Shown piece by piece: positions 30,801 through 40,142 of a stretch of DNA of 64,000 nucleotides (position 1 is the first letter of the stretch; the number at the start of each line of letters is the position of its first letter). The notes beneath the pieces are model-generated. The model had not been told where the DNA came from. It searched no databases and saw nothing but the letters and a program-made list of their open reading frames with translations. The stretch comes from Promethearchaeota archaeon (GTDB taxonomy: Archaea > Asgardarchaeota > Lokiarchaeia > Sigyniarchaeales > SOKP01), in NCBI GenBank assembly GCA_019058295.1, contig JAHPZI010000028.1, positions 64,001 to 128,000 on the forward strand, written 5' to 3'. A program made the translations under genes and the position numbers.

Positions 30801-30875
30801 TTGTTATTTGCACTCTTTAGTGTGATTATGTTATTAATTATTATGAGAAGAAGGTTATTTCTTAAAAAAAAATAA
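27801..30875 (+). CDS. Cell-surface protein: WD40 beta-propeller + six FN3-like repeats + C-terminal IPxG-TM anchor
   Basis: N-terminal signal/TM; SVAISxDGxYIAxG repeats; six P..F.L..DAD..D.DG.F.L.W...YYY.V.A.N...SNC units; Gly-rich linker then IPFG, TM and RRR. Confidence 0.88.
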   Translation: MNFMNKKIMILGAIVIFLALLSIFSNIDLFYSDTINNNNKNVNYDFENGSETKEFEEIIDPKSSSLSQYTTLTTYSVNPVDSVAISSDGNYIAVGSNPSGKVYLFNKTSTKSIWEYTISGDGVRSIAISDNGSYIVAGTEFGDIYLFNKTSNITTWKYSGPGCIYRVSMSSDGFYFATSNLNNRVYMFNRTSKVPMWTYDTGSDVYSVAISADGKYLAAGTQSTGTYLFNTTNIDNPFIRNFNSGPTIMSVAISSDGSYIITAVMSGSVRLFHKSSSSYLWAHGGSDCWSVDISADGNYMVAARMGGQTCLYDRSGLIWSNDIIGNGWRATISEDGNYIAIGTITLNKVYYYHRAISEPYWNCSMSGEVRGVDLSADGKYLAAGSQGGMYRLFSSVNPKNFTLSTDADALDIDGSFNLNWTESNGADNYTIYESDAYITDLGAGVTKLATDIVDLGYKVSNKLTGDYYYLIRSYNETGTCFTNCIHIKVLLPPGSFNLNTDADPIDTDGSFDLTWSTSTDADNYSVYVSNTTISQIDEDCIEIVSGLVAQYSYSISGLGSGDYYYAVVAFNLVGNETSNCVLVKVKIPPQPFSIDTDADDPDIDGSFNITWSESIGADNYSVYISSSFITEIDNDCTELQNGIEILNYTVKGLTSGYHYFVVVAFNETGNATSDNCITVHVQIPPGPFNLGSDAGNPDYTGKFNLTWSKSNGAANYSVYTCNSTIYSTVQPYIILLQEGITILNYSISTWTGIHYYIVVAYNDTGFTLSNCISVDVRIPPNPLQLTSTADPIDKDGSFLLSWNNSLGADNYSVFISNSFITQIDGSCTEEASDLEVLTFPINDKESGNYYYVIVAYNLYGNEISNCINIIVERIPLPFTMSSEADDPDYSGAFYLNWTESLYARNYSIYHYNSTITEINDTITMIAEGLTNLSYWISGLESGNHYFIAVAYSMYDNVTSNCIEITVIIKKDVYSLPPASGGGDDGGGGGEDEAIPFGHFYLLFALFSVIMLLIIMRRRLFLKKK

Positions 30876-31018
30876 TAAAATTTTTTTTTTTTTAAAGTAG
30901 ATAAAAGAAATAGGTACAGAAGTTATCCTAATAAAAATCATTTTTATTTGAATATTAGTAATAGAATAGAAGAATTATTAAAAAACTCTTGAATTAATTC
31001 ATTTCAAAAATTTCTCTA

Positions 31019-32623
31019 TTATGAAATACATTCGTTTATTAAATCTTGAATAGATGTCTCTGGATCATTCATCAATGTAAATAGTTGATTTGAATCTTTT
31101 TTAAAAGCCAATTCATATCGTTTTTGAACCCATTTCTTTCTAATTTCTATATCAATTCCTGCTCCCCCTGTTAGAATTGGGATCTCGCAGAGTGCTGATT
31201 TTCCATTCTTTAGAGTTATTTTCGATCTTGCTGATTGAAGCATCGGATATTCAGGTAAATTTACTTCATTTAAATTGAGTGGGTTTTTATCCTTTTTAAT
31301 GTATTTCTTAATCATAGTCCTTCCAGCAGCACTCCTTAAGAACTTTATTCCTGTTTTTAAACTATTTTTAAACGTTCTTTTTGACGCTCTCACTGCCTTA
31401 AGGTGAGTTCTCAAACGTTTCATCTCATAAGATTTCATTCTTTTAAAAATAGTTACGACTTGTGGAAATGTTAGAAATGTTTTAGCAGTCATATCGATAT
31501 CATGACGAACTTCAATTTTTTCAACTAAATCTCTAATTGCATTCTCATTTTTATCGATTTCATCTTGCTTATAATAATTTGGGAGGAGATCTCCTTTAAT
31601 CAACGCGTAAGCAACAGAATACCGCACCGAGAAATTAATCTTTATGGGATCTAAATTATTATAGTCTTGTTTCATCGCAATTTGTTCAACAGAGTTAGAT
31701 AGGGTGGTTGTATCTATAATAACACTTTTGATATTAGCCACATCTTCTATGGATTTTAACCCTAGCTTTTTCATTGCTCCTAGCGCAGAATCTACGGGGC
31801 CTCCTATATAGGAGGTTCCAGGATATCTCTTATAACTTAAAGTATCAGATAACCAAGCTTCCCCGAGATTTCCCATAAACTCTTTAATTGGATGAAAGGC
31901 AAAAAAATGTAGGAAGCCCATATCACCCTCTATAATATTTAATGGTCCTTCCAGCCCATTCTCAGCGTATAATGCTGCTTGTATCCCTGTCCTTAGTGGA
32001 ATCGATGCTGTAAGAAGTTTACATCCTTCTTTCCAAAATCCTGGCACTAAACAAAAGTTTGGTTGGTAGATAGAAAGCGCCATAGCATTTGCCATTTTCT
32101 CAGCATCAAAATTTTTAACTTTAGCAACCGCAGTTGCAGCTCCTAAATTATGTATATAACTCCACATTTGACCATTTAAAGGCCCAAAAAAGCATGAAAG
32201 TGAGAGTCTTCCCATTACTTCATTTGTTACTGTAGCTGTGACAATAAGGTCTCTCAGTTTTCCATTGATTGGCTCTAAAAATGCTAATGGTGTGATAACT
32301 GAACTATAACCCATATGTCCCATAAGCATATAATCATCAAAATCAAGACTCATTGCATAGGCCGCATTAACAACTGCAGCCTCCTCAGGACCTAATTTCT
32401 TTTTTAAAGCAATGACAGTTGAAGTTTGTGAGTTATTACCTTTTATTTTTTCAGCATTATATATTTTTAAAGCCTCTGGATGCCAATCTGAGAATTTAAT
32501 TGCTGTAATAGAATTAATTATCTGTAGCTTAATTTTTTCAACAACTCGAGAAGGTATATCTTCAAATTTAGTCTTTGAAGCGAATTGAGCAAATCTTTCT
32601 ATAATAGTTTGTTTTTTTGTCAT
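31019..32623 (-). CDS. MmgE/PrpD family protein
   Basis: AAVVNA...LDFDD...GH, G..GP..IIEG..GF, KRYP, FSVRY.VA.AL. Confidence 0.85.
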   Translation of the reverse strand: MTKKQTIIERFAQFASKTKFEDIPSRVVEKIKLQIINSITAIKFSDWHPEALKIYNAEKIKGNNSQTSTVIALKKKLGPEEAAVVNAAYAMSLDFDDYMLMGHMGYSSVITPLAFLEPINGKLRDLIVTATVTNEVMGRLSLSCFFGPLNGQMWSYIHNLGAATAVAKVKNFDAEKMANAMALSIYQPNFCLVPGFWKEGCKLLTASIPLRTGIQAALYAENGLEGPLNIIEGDMGFLHFFAFHPIKEFMGNLGEAWLSDTLSYKRYPGTSYIGGPVDSALGAMKKLGLKSIEDVANIKSVIIDTTTLSNSVEQIAMKQDYNNLDPIKINFSVRYSVAYALIKGDLLPNYYKQDEIDKNENAIRDLVEKIEVRHDIDMTAKTFLTFPQVVTIFKRMKSYEMKRLRTHLKAVRASKRTFKNSLKTGIKFLRSAAGRTMIKKYIKKDKNPLNLNEVNLPEYPMLQSARSKITLKNGKSALCEIPILTGGAGIDIEIRKKWVQKRYELAFKKDSNQLFTLMNDPETSIQDLINECIS

Positions 32624-32831
32624 ATAACCATACTTTTTATTAATTTTGAATAAATTATAATACTCTTATGATAATATAAGATAGTACAAATAGTATATAT
32701 ATTTTAGACCAATTAAAAAATAATCTAAATTAAGAGAAACTAGATCCATAATATCTTAAGGAATTGGAAAAAGAATTAGCTCTATTGTTAATTTAAATGA
32801 AAATTTTTTCATTTATTACAATAATTATTCT

Positions 32832-33122
32832 TTATATTTTCAATAATCTGCTTCCATGAATAATCATTTTTATATGAATTTTTTGTTCTTCTTCATTATA
32901 ATGATAAATTATTCGATATTTCTGAATTAATATTTCTCTATCTCTTGGATTTTTAGATTCTGGCACTTTCCTCCCGATTTTAGGAAATTGCTTTAAATAT
33001 TCAATAGATTCAATAATATTCTCAAAAAGAGTTTTTGCATATTGTAGAGAGCTTTTTAAAATATAAGCGATAATGTCATCAAGGTCATTCTCAGCCTCTT
33101 CAGTCCACTCTATTTGAACCAT
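32832..33122 (-). CDS. RelE/ParE family toxin
   Basis: IEWTEEAENDLDDI..YI, L.QFPKIGR.VPE, YRIIY, IIHGSR. Confidence 0.9.
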   Translation of the reverse strand: MVQIEWTEEAENDLDDIIAYILKSSLQYAKTLFENIIESIEYLKQFPKIGRKVPESKNPRDREILIQKYRIIYHYNEEEQKIHIKMIIHGSRLLKI

Positions 33123-33313
33123 TTTTTCTTTACCCGTTCAATGACTTGGTCATGAGGATGAGTTTTCCCTTCATTAATTTGACTTTCCGCTCTAAAAAGT
33201 TTTTGTTTTACAAAAAGATGATATTGAATGTCTTCTAAAGTTGTATCTTCAGGTAAATCTTTTATTAGCTTTATTACTTCCTTTTTTACATTCAAATTAT
33301 TGCTCGTATTCAT
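33110..33313 (-). CDS. Putative antitoxin
   Basis: 67 aa, overlaps the toxin start by 13 bp; LPEDTTLEDIQY...EGKTHPHDQV pattern. Confidence 0.8.
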   Translation of the reverse strand: MNTSNNLNVKKEVIKLIKDLPEDTTLEDIQYHLFVKQKLFRAESQINEGKTHPHDQVIERVKKKWFK

Positions 33314-33520
33314 AATATATCATTATATAAATAGTAATTAAAATATAAATTCTTTTAGCTTTTTGTTTTGAGAAGACTATGAGCAATAATAAATTATGAA
33401 TTTTAGGTTTTAAAGGAAATTAAGCTCTTTAATCTATTTTAACTATAAATCTTCAATAATACAATATTTTATATGAATATATTTTTTAATATCATACAAG
33501 AATAAGTTTAGTTATTAATA

Positions 33521-35248
33521 ATGGTTGTATCTCAGAAAAAAGGAAGTAAAAAAAAAAAGGAACTAGCACAAAGCGAAGAAAAAATTACAGAATTAGCGAA
33601 AATTGCATGGGCTAAAACTTTAAAAGAATTTTATTATCCACCATTAAATGAACCTAATTTTGTCTTTGATTACACTCATAAAGAGGGTTTTTATATAGAT
33701 CCCGATCATAAATGGCAAATTACTATGAATTTAGCAAATACTCCTTTATTTAGAGATGATAATGAGTATATTGATTATTTTCATATTATATCGCTTCACG
33801 AGGTCTCGCATTATCAAATAATACCTTATGATGGAACTATTAACGCCAAATTATTAAAAGCTGCGATGAAACGTGTGAATCAGAATTTTGCACCAATTGT
33901 GGTAAATGTGTTTGGAGATTTAGTAATAGATTTTAAATTATTTAAAAAATATCCGGATTTAATGTTATGGGAGGCTAAGAAGACCTACGAATTTATTATA
34001 AGTAGTAATAAAAATCAACTTAGTAGATTTACGAAATTCCTTTTCAGAGCCTACGAAAAAATGTGGGATGTAGAAATCTCACCTGATAACTCTCTTGACG
34101 AGATGGATTCTTTAGTAAAAAAGGTTATCAATGTAATTTTAAAAAATTTCGAGGACGAAACTAAATGGGAAGAAAAAGTATCAAAGATAGCCTATCATTT
34201 AAGAGGCCTAATTAACGATACTTTCACTTTAATAGGTCGAGGTGTACGATGTGATAAAGGAAAAGTTAAACGGAAAGCCCCTGGAAAAGGTGGAGGTATA
34301 GAATTCCCGGAAGATATTTTAGAACTTATGGATAATCCCTTAGAAAATAAAAACTCAGACAAATTGAAGAGAGATAATGAAGATGACTTAAGACAAAAAG
34401 CAGAGGATTTTGCTAAAGAAACACCTTATTCTGAGTTTGGAGCCCCTGCTGGGCAAGCTGGTATTTTAATTGATGGAAATCCATTAGCTACATGGTATCG
34501 CGGATTAGCAAAAAATCTCATAGAAATTCGAATATTCGAAGAGAAACTAGGGGGCGGACAAGTCCCTATTTGTCCAGAAGTATGGAAAATTGGAGATCCA
34601 ATTGAAGAATTAGATGTTGTTCAATCTCTATTGAATTCTCCAGTAATAATTCCCAATATCACAACACGGAAATGGATTTTTAAAGAAGGACCCGGACACT
34701 TAGAAGAAAAACAAATCCCGGATCTATTGATTGTCTTGGATTCGTCAGGATCAATGGGGTGGAACTATACAGCTAACACAAATAAAGGAAGAGGTGAATA
34801 TCATACTGCGTTAGTAGCCTCCTTCGCAGCACTTCACTTCGCAGCAACTAAAGGTGTTAAATTTAGTATAATAAACTTTTCAAATCGAGCAGATATCTGC
34901 CAATGGACTAACGATTATCAAAAAGCAGAAAGAACTTTGTTAAGATATCAAGGAGGTGGAACTGTTCTTCCGACTAAAGCCATTACAGCTCAATGTGACA
35001 AAGCTGAAAGAAAAGTTCTAATATTTATTATAACCGATTTTGGCATTTACAATTGGAGTGGTGCTAAAAAAAATATGATTAATTTGGCGAATAAAGGTCA
35101 TAAAACAGTTGGGTTCTTCATTGGAGCTTCGAATATACCAAAAAATAGATTTAAAGATATGCTTGACAAAGTTACATTTTATCCAATAAAAAATATTAAA
35201 GATTTAATTAATTTGGTAATAAAAGAAGTTAAAAAATATTATATATGA
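33521..35248 (+). CDS. vWA domain protein with N-terminal HExxH motif
   Basis: LHEVSHY; MIDAS DSSGS...GGT...ITD. Confidence 0.85.
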   Translation: MVVSQKKGSKKKKELAQSEEKITELAKIAWAKTLKEFYYPPLNEPNFVFDYTHKEGFYIDPDHKWQITMNLANTPLFRDDNEYIDYFHIISLHEVSHYQIIPYDGTINAKLLKAAMKRVNQNFAPIVVNVFGDLVIDFKLFKKYPDLMLWEAKKTYEFIISSNKNQLSRFTKFLFRAYEKMWDVEISPDNSLDEMDSLVKKVINVILKNFEDETKWEEKVSKIAYHLRGLINDTFTLIGRGVRCDKGKVKRKAPGKGGGIEFPEDILELMDNPLENKNSDKLKRDNEDDLRQKAEDFAKETPYSEFGAPAGQAGILIDGNPLATWYRGLAKNLIEIRIFEEKLGGGQVPICPEVWKIGDPIEELDVVQSLLNSPVIIPNITTRKWIFKEGPGHLEEKQIPDLLIVLDSSGSMGWNYTANTNKGRGEYHTALVASFAALHFAATKGVKFSIINFSNRADICQWTNDYQKAERTLLRYQGGGTVLPTKAITAQCDKAERKVLIFIITDFGIYNWSGAKKNMINLANKGHKTVGFFIGASNIPKNRFKDMLDKVTFYPIKNIKDLINLVIKEVKKYYI

Positions 35249-35256
35249 TATACCTA

Positions 35257-35826
35257 TTACATTAATTTTTTTAAGAGATTTTTAACAATATCATTATTTT
35301 CTTCTTTAATTTGAAAATAATCATAGAAATACTTAGTTAAAAATATTGTTTCTTCATTTTCAAAAATTAATTTTAATTTTTTAAGCCTTTCAATATTGTT
35401 ATAAACAGTTTTTGACCTTCCTCTTTTAGAATATAATTTTTTTAGCGTAGCAGATGGTTGCAAATAAGCAATAACAGCTAATGTTTTAATTTCGCTTTTT
35501 CTAAATAAATCGCCTCGAGTAAATTTTTCTATAGAATTGAGTATTGGATCCTTCACCTTCAATTGAAATCTTAAATTCGAAAATTCTACAATTTCAAGAG
35601 AAGTTTTAAATTTTTTATAATCGTCAGCGAGTTCTCGAATTAATTTTAATACAACTCTTTTTTTATTTTTAGGAAATATTTTATATATTTCTTCTGAAGA
35701 CAGAATTCTACGAGCCTTAAAAAGTGCTGCTTCAATTCTTCTTTTAATTTTATCTTGAGCTACCCTTTGAAGGCGAATCTTTTCTTCAGTTTCTAATGAA
35801 TAATGATATTCCTTAGGACTGAGCAA
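35257..35826 (-). CDS. scpB: SMC-Scp complex subunit ScpB
   Basis: IEAALF, IKTLAVIAYLQP, tandem wHTH, T..FYDYF; overlaps the smc stop. Confidence 0.88.
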   Translation of the reverse strand: MLSPKEYHYSLETEEKIRLQRVAQDKIKRRIEAALFKARRILSSEEIYKIFPKNKKRVVLKLIRELADDYKKFKTSLEIVEFSNLRFQLKVKDPILNSIEKFTRGDLFRKSEIKTLAVIAYLQPSATLKKLYSKRGRSKTVYNNIERLKKLKLIFENEETIFLTKYFYDYFQIKEENNDIVKNLLKKLM

Positions 35827-38800
35827 TTTGTTCTAACGCCTCTTTGATGTTTAAATTAAGTACTTCTGTTAATCCATGGACATTTGAGACACCTAATAAG
35901 TGGTCTGTTTTTGTCATTGTCACATCACGATGAGTTATTAAGATAAATTGAGATTTTTCTGACAATTCTTTTATCATTGAAGCAACATGGTTAGCATTAT
36001 TTTCGTCAAAAGCAGCATCAATTTCGTCCAAAATATAATAGGGAGAAGGTATGGCCATTTGGATTCCCAAGATTAATGCAACCACAGTTAGCGTCTTTTC
36101 TCCACCGGACATTGATTGAGTCAAACACCATTTCTTTCCTCCGGGTCTTGCAATTATTTTAACACCTCCTGCGAAGGGATCCTCTTGATTCTCTAATTTT
36201 AATTTAGCTTCCCCACCAGGAGATAATTTGGCAAATATCTCTTTAAAACGATCGTTTATCCCATTGAATGTATTAAGAAAGGTATTTTTCTTTTCAAGTT
36301 CAATTCTTTCTATAAATTCTAAAATCGATATTCTTTCATCTACTACAATCTCATGTTTCTCAATAAGCTCATCGTATCTCTCTTTAATTTTATCGTATTT
36401 TGTTATTGCTCTCATATTAATAGGTTCTAATTGTTGCTTAATTTCGACACATTCATTTATAATATTAGATAATTTATCTTTAGAAAAAGATAAGAGATTT
36501 TGAATTTTTTCTAACTCTTCGTTGCTTATGTGATAATTTTCTTCCAGCTCATCTTTCTGAGATTTTATATTCTGTAAATTGATTTCTAAAGTGTTTATCT
36601 TAATATTTTTTGGAACAATCTTTGATTTTAAATCTTCTATTTCAGTATTGAGTTTCGTTTGAGATAATAACAACTCTTCCCTTTTTGAATAAAATTGTCC
36701 AACAACTTCATTTTTCTTTAATAATTCAGATTCCAATCCTTTAATAGTTGTTTCAATATCAACTAATTCTTTTTCAAGAGATTCGAGCTTAAAAGTATTA
36801 TCTTTGATCTCTTCTTGGGAATTATTTATGGTAGATTCTATTTCAGATTCCCGATTATTTATTACATCTTCTAATTGAGTTCTTAGTTTAGTTACCTCTA
36901 AATTAATTTGCATATAATCTTTTTCTAATTCGGCAATGTTCTTTCTTAAATTGTTGATTTTTTTGGTGAAATCATTATCTTCAAGCAAGGAAATCTTAGA
37001 TTTAAGTTCATTTTCATCATTCATTAATTCAGATAAAATTTGCTCTATATCATTTAATTTCAATTGTTCAGTTTGTAATTTTTCTTCAATATTTTTAATT
37101 TCGGTCTTTATTTCTTCAATTTTAACAATATAATCTTTTAATTCCTCTTCCTTTCTTAAAAAATTGTCTTTTAATACTGCTAATTTTTTTCTTACTTCAC
37201 TTAATTCATTATTAGCTGAAATCTTACTTTTATAACTTAAAGCAATTTGCTTATCAATATTCTTTAATTTTTTCAAATAGGATTCTTCTTCTCTTTTTAA
37301 TTGATTTAACTCTGTTTCCAATTTTGGTATTTTCGATTCCTCCTGTGATATAAAACCTCCTCTCATTGATTGTTTAAACGTGCCACCCGTCATCAAATTC
37401 GACATTTCTACAACGTCCCCGTTTAAAGTTACTTTTCTAGCTTTTATATCTAATTTTGAAGCAGTTTCAATATCAGAAACCACAATAGTTCTTCCAAAAA
37501 CGAATTCAAAAGCTTTTTTAAACAAATCATCGAATTGAATTAAATCTACAGCTCTTCCAATTACATTTTCGTTGTTATTTAAATCATAATTGATGCTATT
37601 AGTTTTTATCTTATCTAAAGGTATAAAAGAAGCACGACCAATTTTCTTCTTCTTAAGAAAATTTATACATTGTTTTGCTGTTGCTTGATTTTCAACTACA
37701 ATATAATTAAATTTATTCCCGCCTGCTATTTGAAGTGCAGTATTATACTCTTCTCTTGTTTTTCCTAACTGAGCAATAGTGCCATAAATGGTTCCTGAAA
37801 TTTTGAGTTTAGAAGATAATTCTCTCTCATTTTTCAATCTTAAAATCGCTTCTAATGCCTTGTTTGATGATAATTTTTGGATTACTTTTATTTTACTCTT
37901 AAGAGATATTAGTTTCTCATGCTTTTCATTTATTATAGATTGAATTTCTTTTAATTTTTTTTCTAAATTTTGCTTTTTACTTTCTAAATCATTAAAACTA
38001 AGGTTATTTTCAGGATTTTCCTTATAATTCTTTTCTTCCAAATCCAATCTCTTTATTTCTTGTTTTATCTTTTCAATCTCTTCATTAAGAACATCTACTC
38101 TATTTACTTTATTACTTAAATTATCTTTAGAACTTTCTAATTTATTTGTTAAAACCTTAATTTCAGATTTTATCTCACTTTTTATTTCATTTTTTTCTGC
38201 AATATTATTTTTTAGAGATTCAAGATTTTCTTGAAAACCTTTATATTTAGAATCAAATTCTTTAGTTTGCTCTTCGCTATGGTATAATTCTTCTTTTAAC
38301 GATTGGAGATTTTCCTTAATTTCCTTTTTCTCTTTCTTCTTAGCCATCAAATTATTTTGAATAATTTTTTTGGTTTCTTCAAGTTCCTCTTTTTTCTTAA
38401 AAGAATCTATTAAATTTTTTTTTAGTTTTAATATTTCTTTTTGAAAATTTTCCTTCTGCGTTTCTTTTTTAGCAATATCAGTTTTCAACTTATTTAGTTT
38501 TAGAGTTAGTTCTTTCAATTCATTTGTTTGAAGTTTTTTAATCTCTTCATTGATTTTATCCAACTCAACAGCAATTTTACTCAAATCTTCTCTTTTTTCT
38601 AGAAGATTATAATTAATTTCTTGAATTTCTTTTATCAAAGTTTCCTTTTTAGCGATAAATCTATCAATCTGTTTTTCAAAATCTCTCAATTTTAAAATAA
38701 TAAGAGCATTTTCAGCGTTTTTTTGCTTTGAATCGTGTTCTTGATATTTTAAGGCGTCATCTTTTTCTTTTTCTAAGGAATCTAATTGAATTGATAGTTC

Positions 38801-39400
38801 ATTTAGTAAAAGAGTAATTTTAGAGATATTTTCTTCTACTTTGGCTAAATCTTTTTCTGCTTTTTCTTTCTTTTCATTATACGAAGCGATTCCGGAAATA
38901 TCTTCAATTAATCCCCTGCGTTCGTTGTTATTCATTGTTATAAGTCTAAAGAGTTCTCCTTGCAAAATAAGATTAGACGAGTTTGGTAATAACCCTGCTA
39001 AATCCAAAATATCTTGTAGTTCTCTCCTCGTAATAACTTTATCATTTAAAAAATATTTTCCTTTACCATCAATATATATCTTTCTCGAAACCTTTACTGT
39101 ATTGCTTTCAACTGGGATGGAAAAAATTCTGTCAGAATTATCGAAAACCACATCTACCCTTGCATATTTAGAAGGAGTCCCTCCATTACTGCCTCCGTTA
39201 CATATTAAGTCTTTTATATTATTTACTCTCATTTTGTTTCCGGATAATTCTCCTATTGCAAATACAAACGCATCTAAGATGTTGGATTTCCCACTTCCAT
39301 TTGAGCCAACTATTGAAGTAAACCCTTTGCTAAAATTGATTTTTGTTTTTTCTTTAAAGCTTTTAAAGCCTTCACAAATTAAAGATTTTATATACACCAT
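35813..39400 (-). CDS. smc: Chromosome segregation protein SMC
   Basis: GFKSF, GSNGSGKSN, Q-loop LQG, hinge (GRASFIPL, TLNGD..GG), MSGGEK, LDEIDAAFD, QFILITH. Confidence 0.97.
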   Translation of the reverse strand: MVYIKSLICEGFKSFKEKTKINFSKGFTSIVGSNGSGKSNILDAFVFAIGELSGNKMRVNNIKDLICNGGSNGGTPSKYARVDVVFDNSDRIFSIPVESNTVKVSRKIYIDGKGKYFLNDKVITRRELQDILDLAGLLPNSSNLILQGELFRLITMNNNERRGLIEDISGIASYNEKKEKAEKDLAKVEENISKITLLLNELSIQLDSLEKEKDDALKYQEHDSKQKNAENALIILKLRDFEKQIDRFIAKKETLIKEIQEINYNLLEKREDLSKIAVELDKINEEIKKLQTNELKELTLKLNKLKTDIAKKETQKENFQKEILKLKKNLIDSFKKKEELEETKKIIQNNLMAKKKEKKEIKENLQSLKEELYHSEEQTKEFDSKYKGFQENLESLKNNIAEKNEIKSEIKSEIKVLTNKLESSKDNLSNKVNRVDVLNEEIEKIKQEIKRLDLEEKNYKENPENNLSFNDLESKKQNLEKKLKEIQSIINEKHEKLISLKSKIKVIQKLSSNKALEAILRLKNERELSSKLKISGTIYGTIAQLGKTREEYNTALQIAGGNKFNYIVVENQATAKQCINFLKKKKIGRASFIPLDKIKTNSINYDLNNNENVIGRAVDLIQFDDLFKKAFEFVFGRTIVVSDIETASKLDIKARKVTLNGDVVEMSNLMTGGTFKQSMRGGFISQEESKIPKLETELNQLKREEESYLKKLKNIDKQIALSYKSKISANNELSEVRKKLAVLKDNFLRKEEELKDYIVKIEEIKTEIKNIEEKLQTEQLKLNDIEQILSELMNDENELKSKISLLEDNDFTKKINNLRKNIAELEKDYMQINLEVTKLRTQLEDVINNRESEIESTINNSQEEIKDNTFKLESLEKELVDIETTIKGLESELLKKNEVVGQFYSKREELLLSQTKLNTEIEDLKSKIVPKNIKINTLEINLQNIKSQKDELEENYHISNEELEKIQNLLSFSKDKLSNIINECVEIKQQLEPINMRAITKYDKIKERYDELIEKHEIVVDERISILEFIERIELEKKNTFLNTFNGINDRFKEIFAKLSPGGEAKLKLENQEDPFAGGVKIIARPGGKKWCLTQSMSGGEKTLTVVALILGIQMAIPSPYYILDEIDAAFDENNANHVASMIKELSEKSQFILITHRDVTMTKTDHLLGVSNVHGLTEVLNLNIKEALEQIAQS

Positions 39401-39700
39401 TGTTAAAATAAAAAATTATTTTTTTGAGAGGTTTTATATATTTCTCCAATTATAGCTGAGAAATATCTACATATATATATCAATAATATAACTATTTCAT
39501 TTCAATTGGAGTAATATTTAGATATTATCTCTTGGATTTATTTGTTAGATAAAAATTTAAGCATTTAAGAATCACAATTAACCTTAGATAGTATAATTGT
39601 CAATTTTTTTAAAAAAATTAAAATATTAAGATGATTAAATTATATTTGTATCGATTTTCATATATATATTCTTATAAAATAGAATTTAGTACAAATACTA

Positions 39701-40090
39701 ATGTCAAATAATAGCGATCTTGGTTCAAATGAAGATAACGGATTAGAAATTAATTTACTTAAGTGGTTGGAACAACTCAAAGAATATAGAAAAGCAGAAT
39801 CAGAAAAAATAACAACCCAACCAGAAGAAACATCAAATGTTGACTTAAAAGAAATGATTAATGTTGCTGCTTATTTTTTATCACAAAACCAGTTGAGTTA
39901 TAATGACTTATGTTGGCTGCTCGCTGAAAAGCAACTTATAATTCAAAAGGGCGATGAAAATGTTTCTGTAGAAGAAATTCGGAAGAAAGCTGAAGAGATA
40001 TTTCGCTCATCTTGTACTTACGATGAACTATGTTGGTTGATATCAGAACTTAAAATTTTAATAGAAAAAAAATTATTGGAAATAGGTTAA
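39701..40090 (+). CDS. Hypothetical protein with two DUF2934-like repeats
   Basis: INVAAYFLSQNQLSYNDLCWLLAEKQL / IRKKAEEIFRSSCTYDELCWLISELKI. Confidence 0.55.
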   Translation: MSNNSDLGSNEDNGLEINLLKWLEQLKEYRKAESEKITTQPEETSNVDLKEMINVAAYFLSQNQLSYNDLCWLLAEKQLIIQKGDENVSVEEIRKKAEEIFRSSCTYDELCWLISELKILIEKKLLEIG

Positions 40091-40142
40091 ATTTGATTAG
40101 ATTTCACTAGCAAAGTGAAAAATATAATACATGCAATTTCAG

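Noticed and set aside
32832-33313. Toxin-antitoxin pair as a marker of a mobile element
   Set aside because: No integrase, transposase or terminal repeats nearby; looks like an ordinary solitary TA module.
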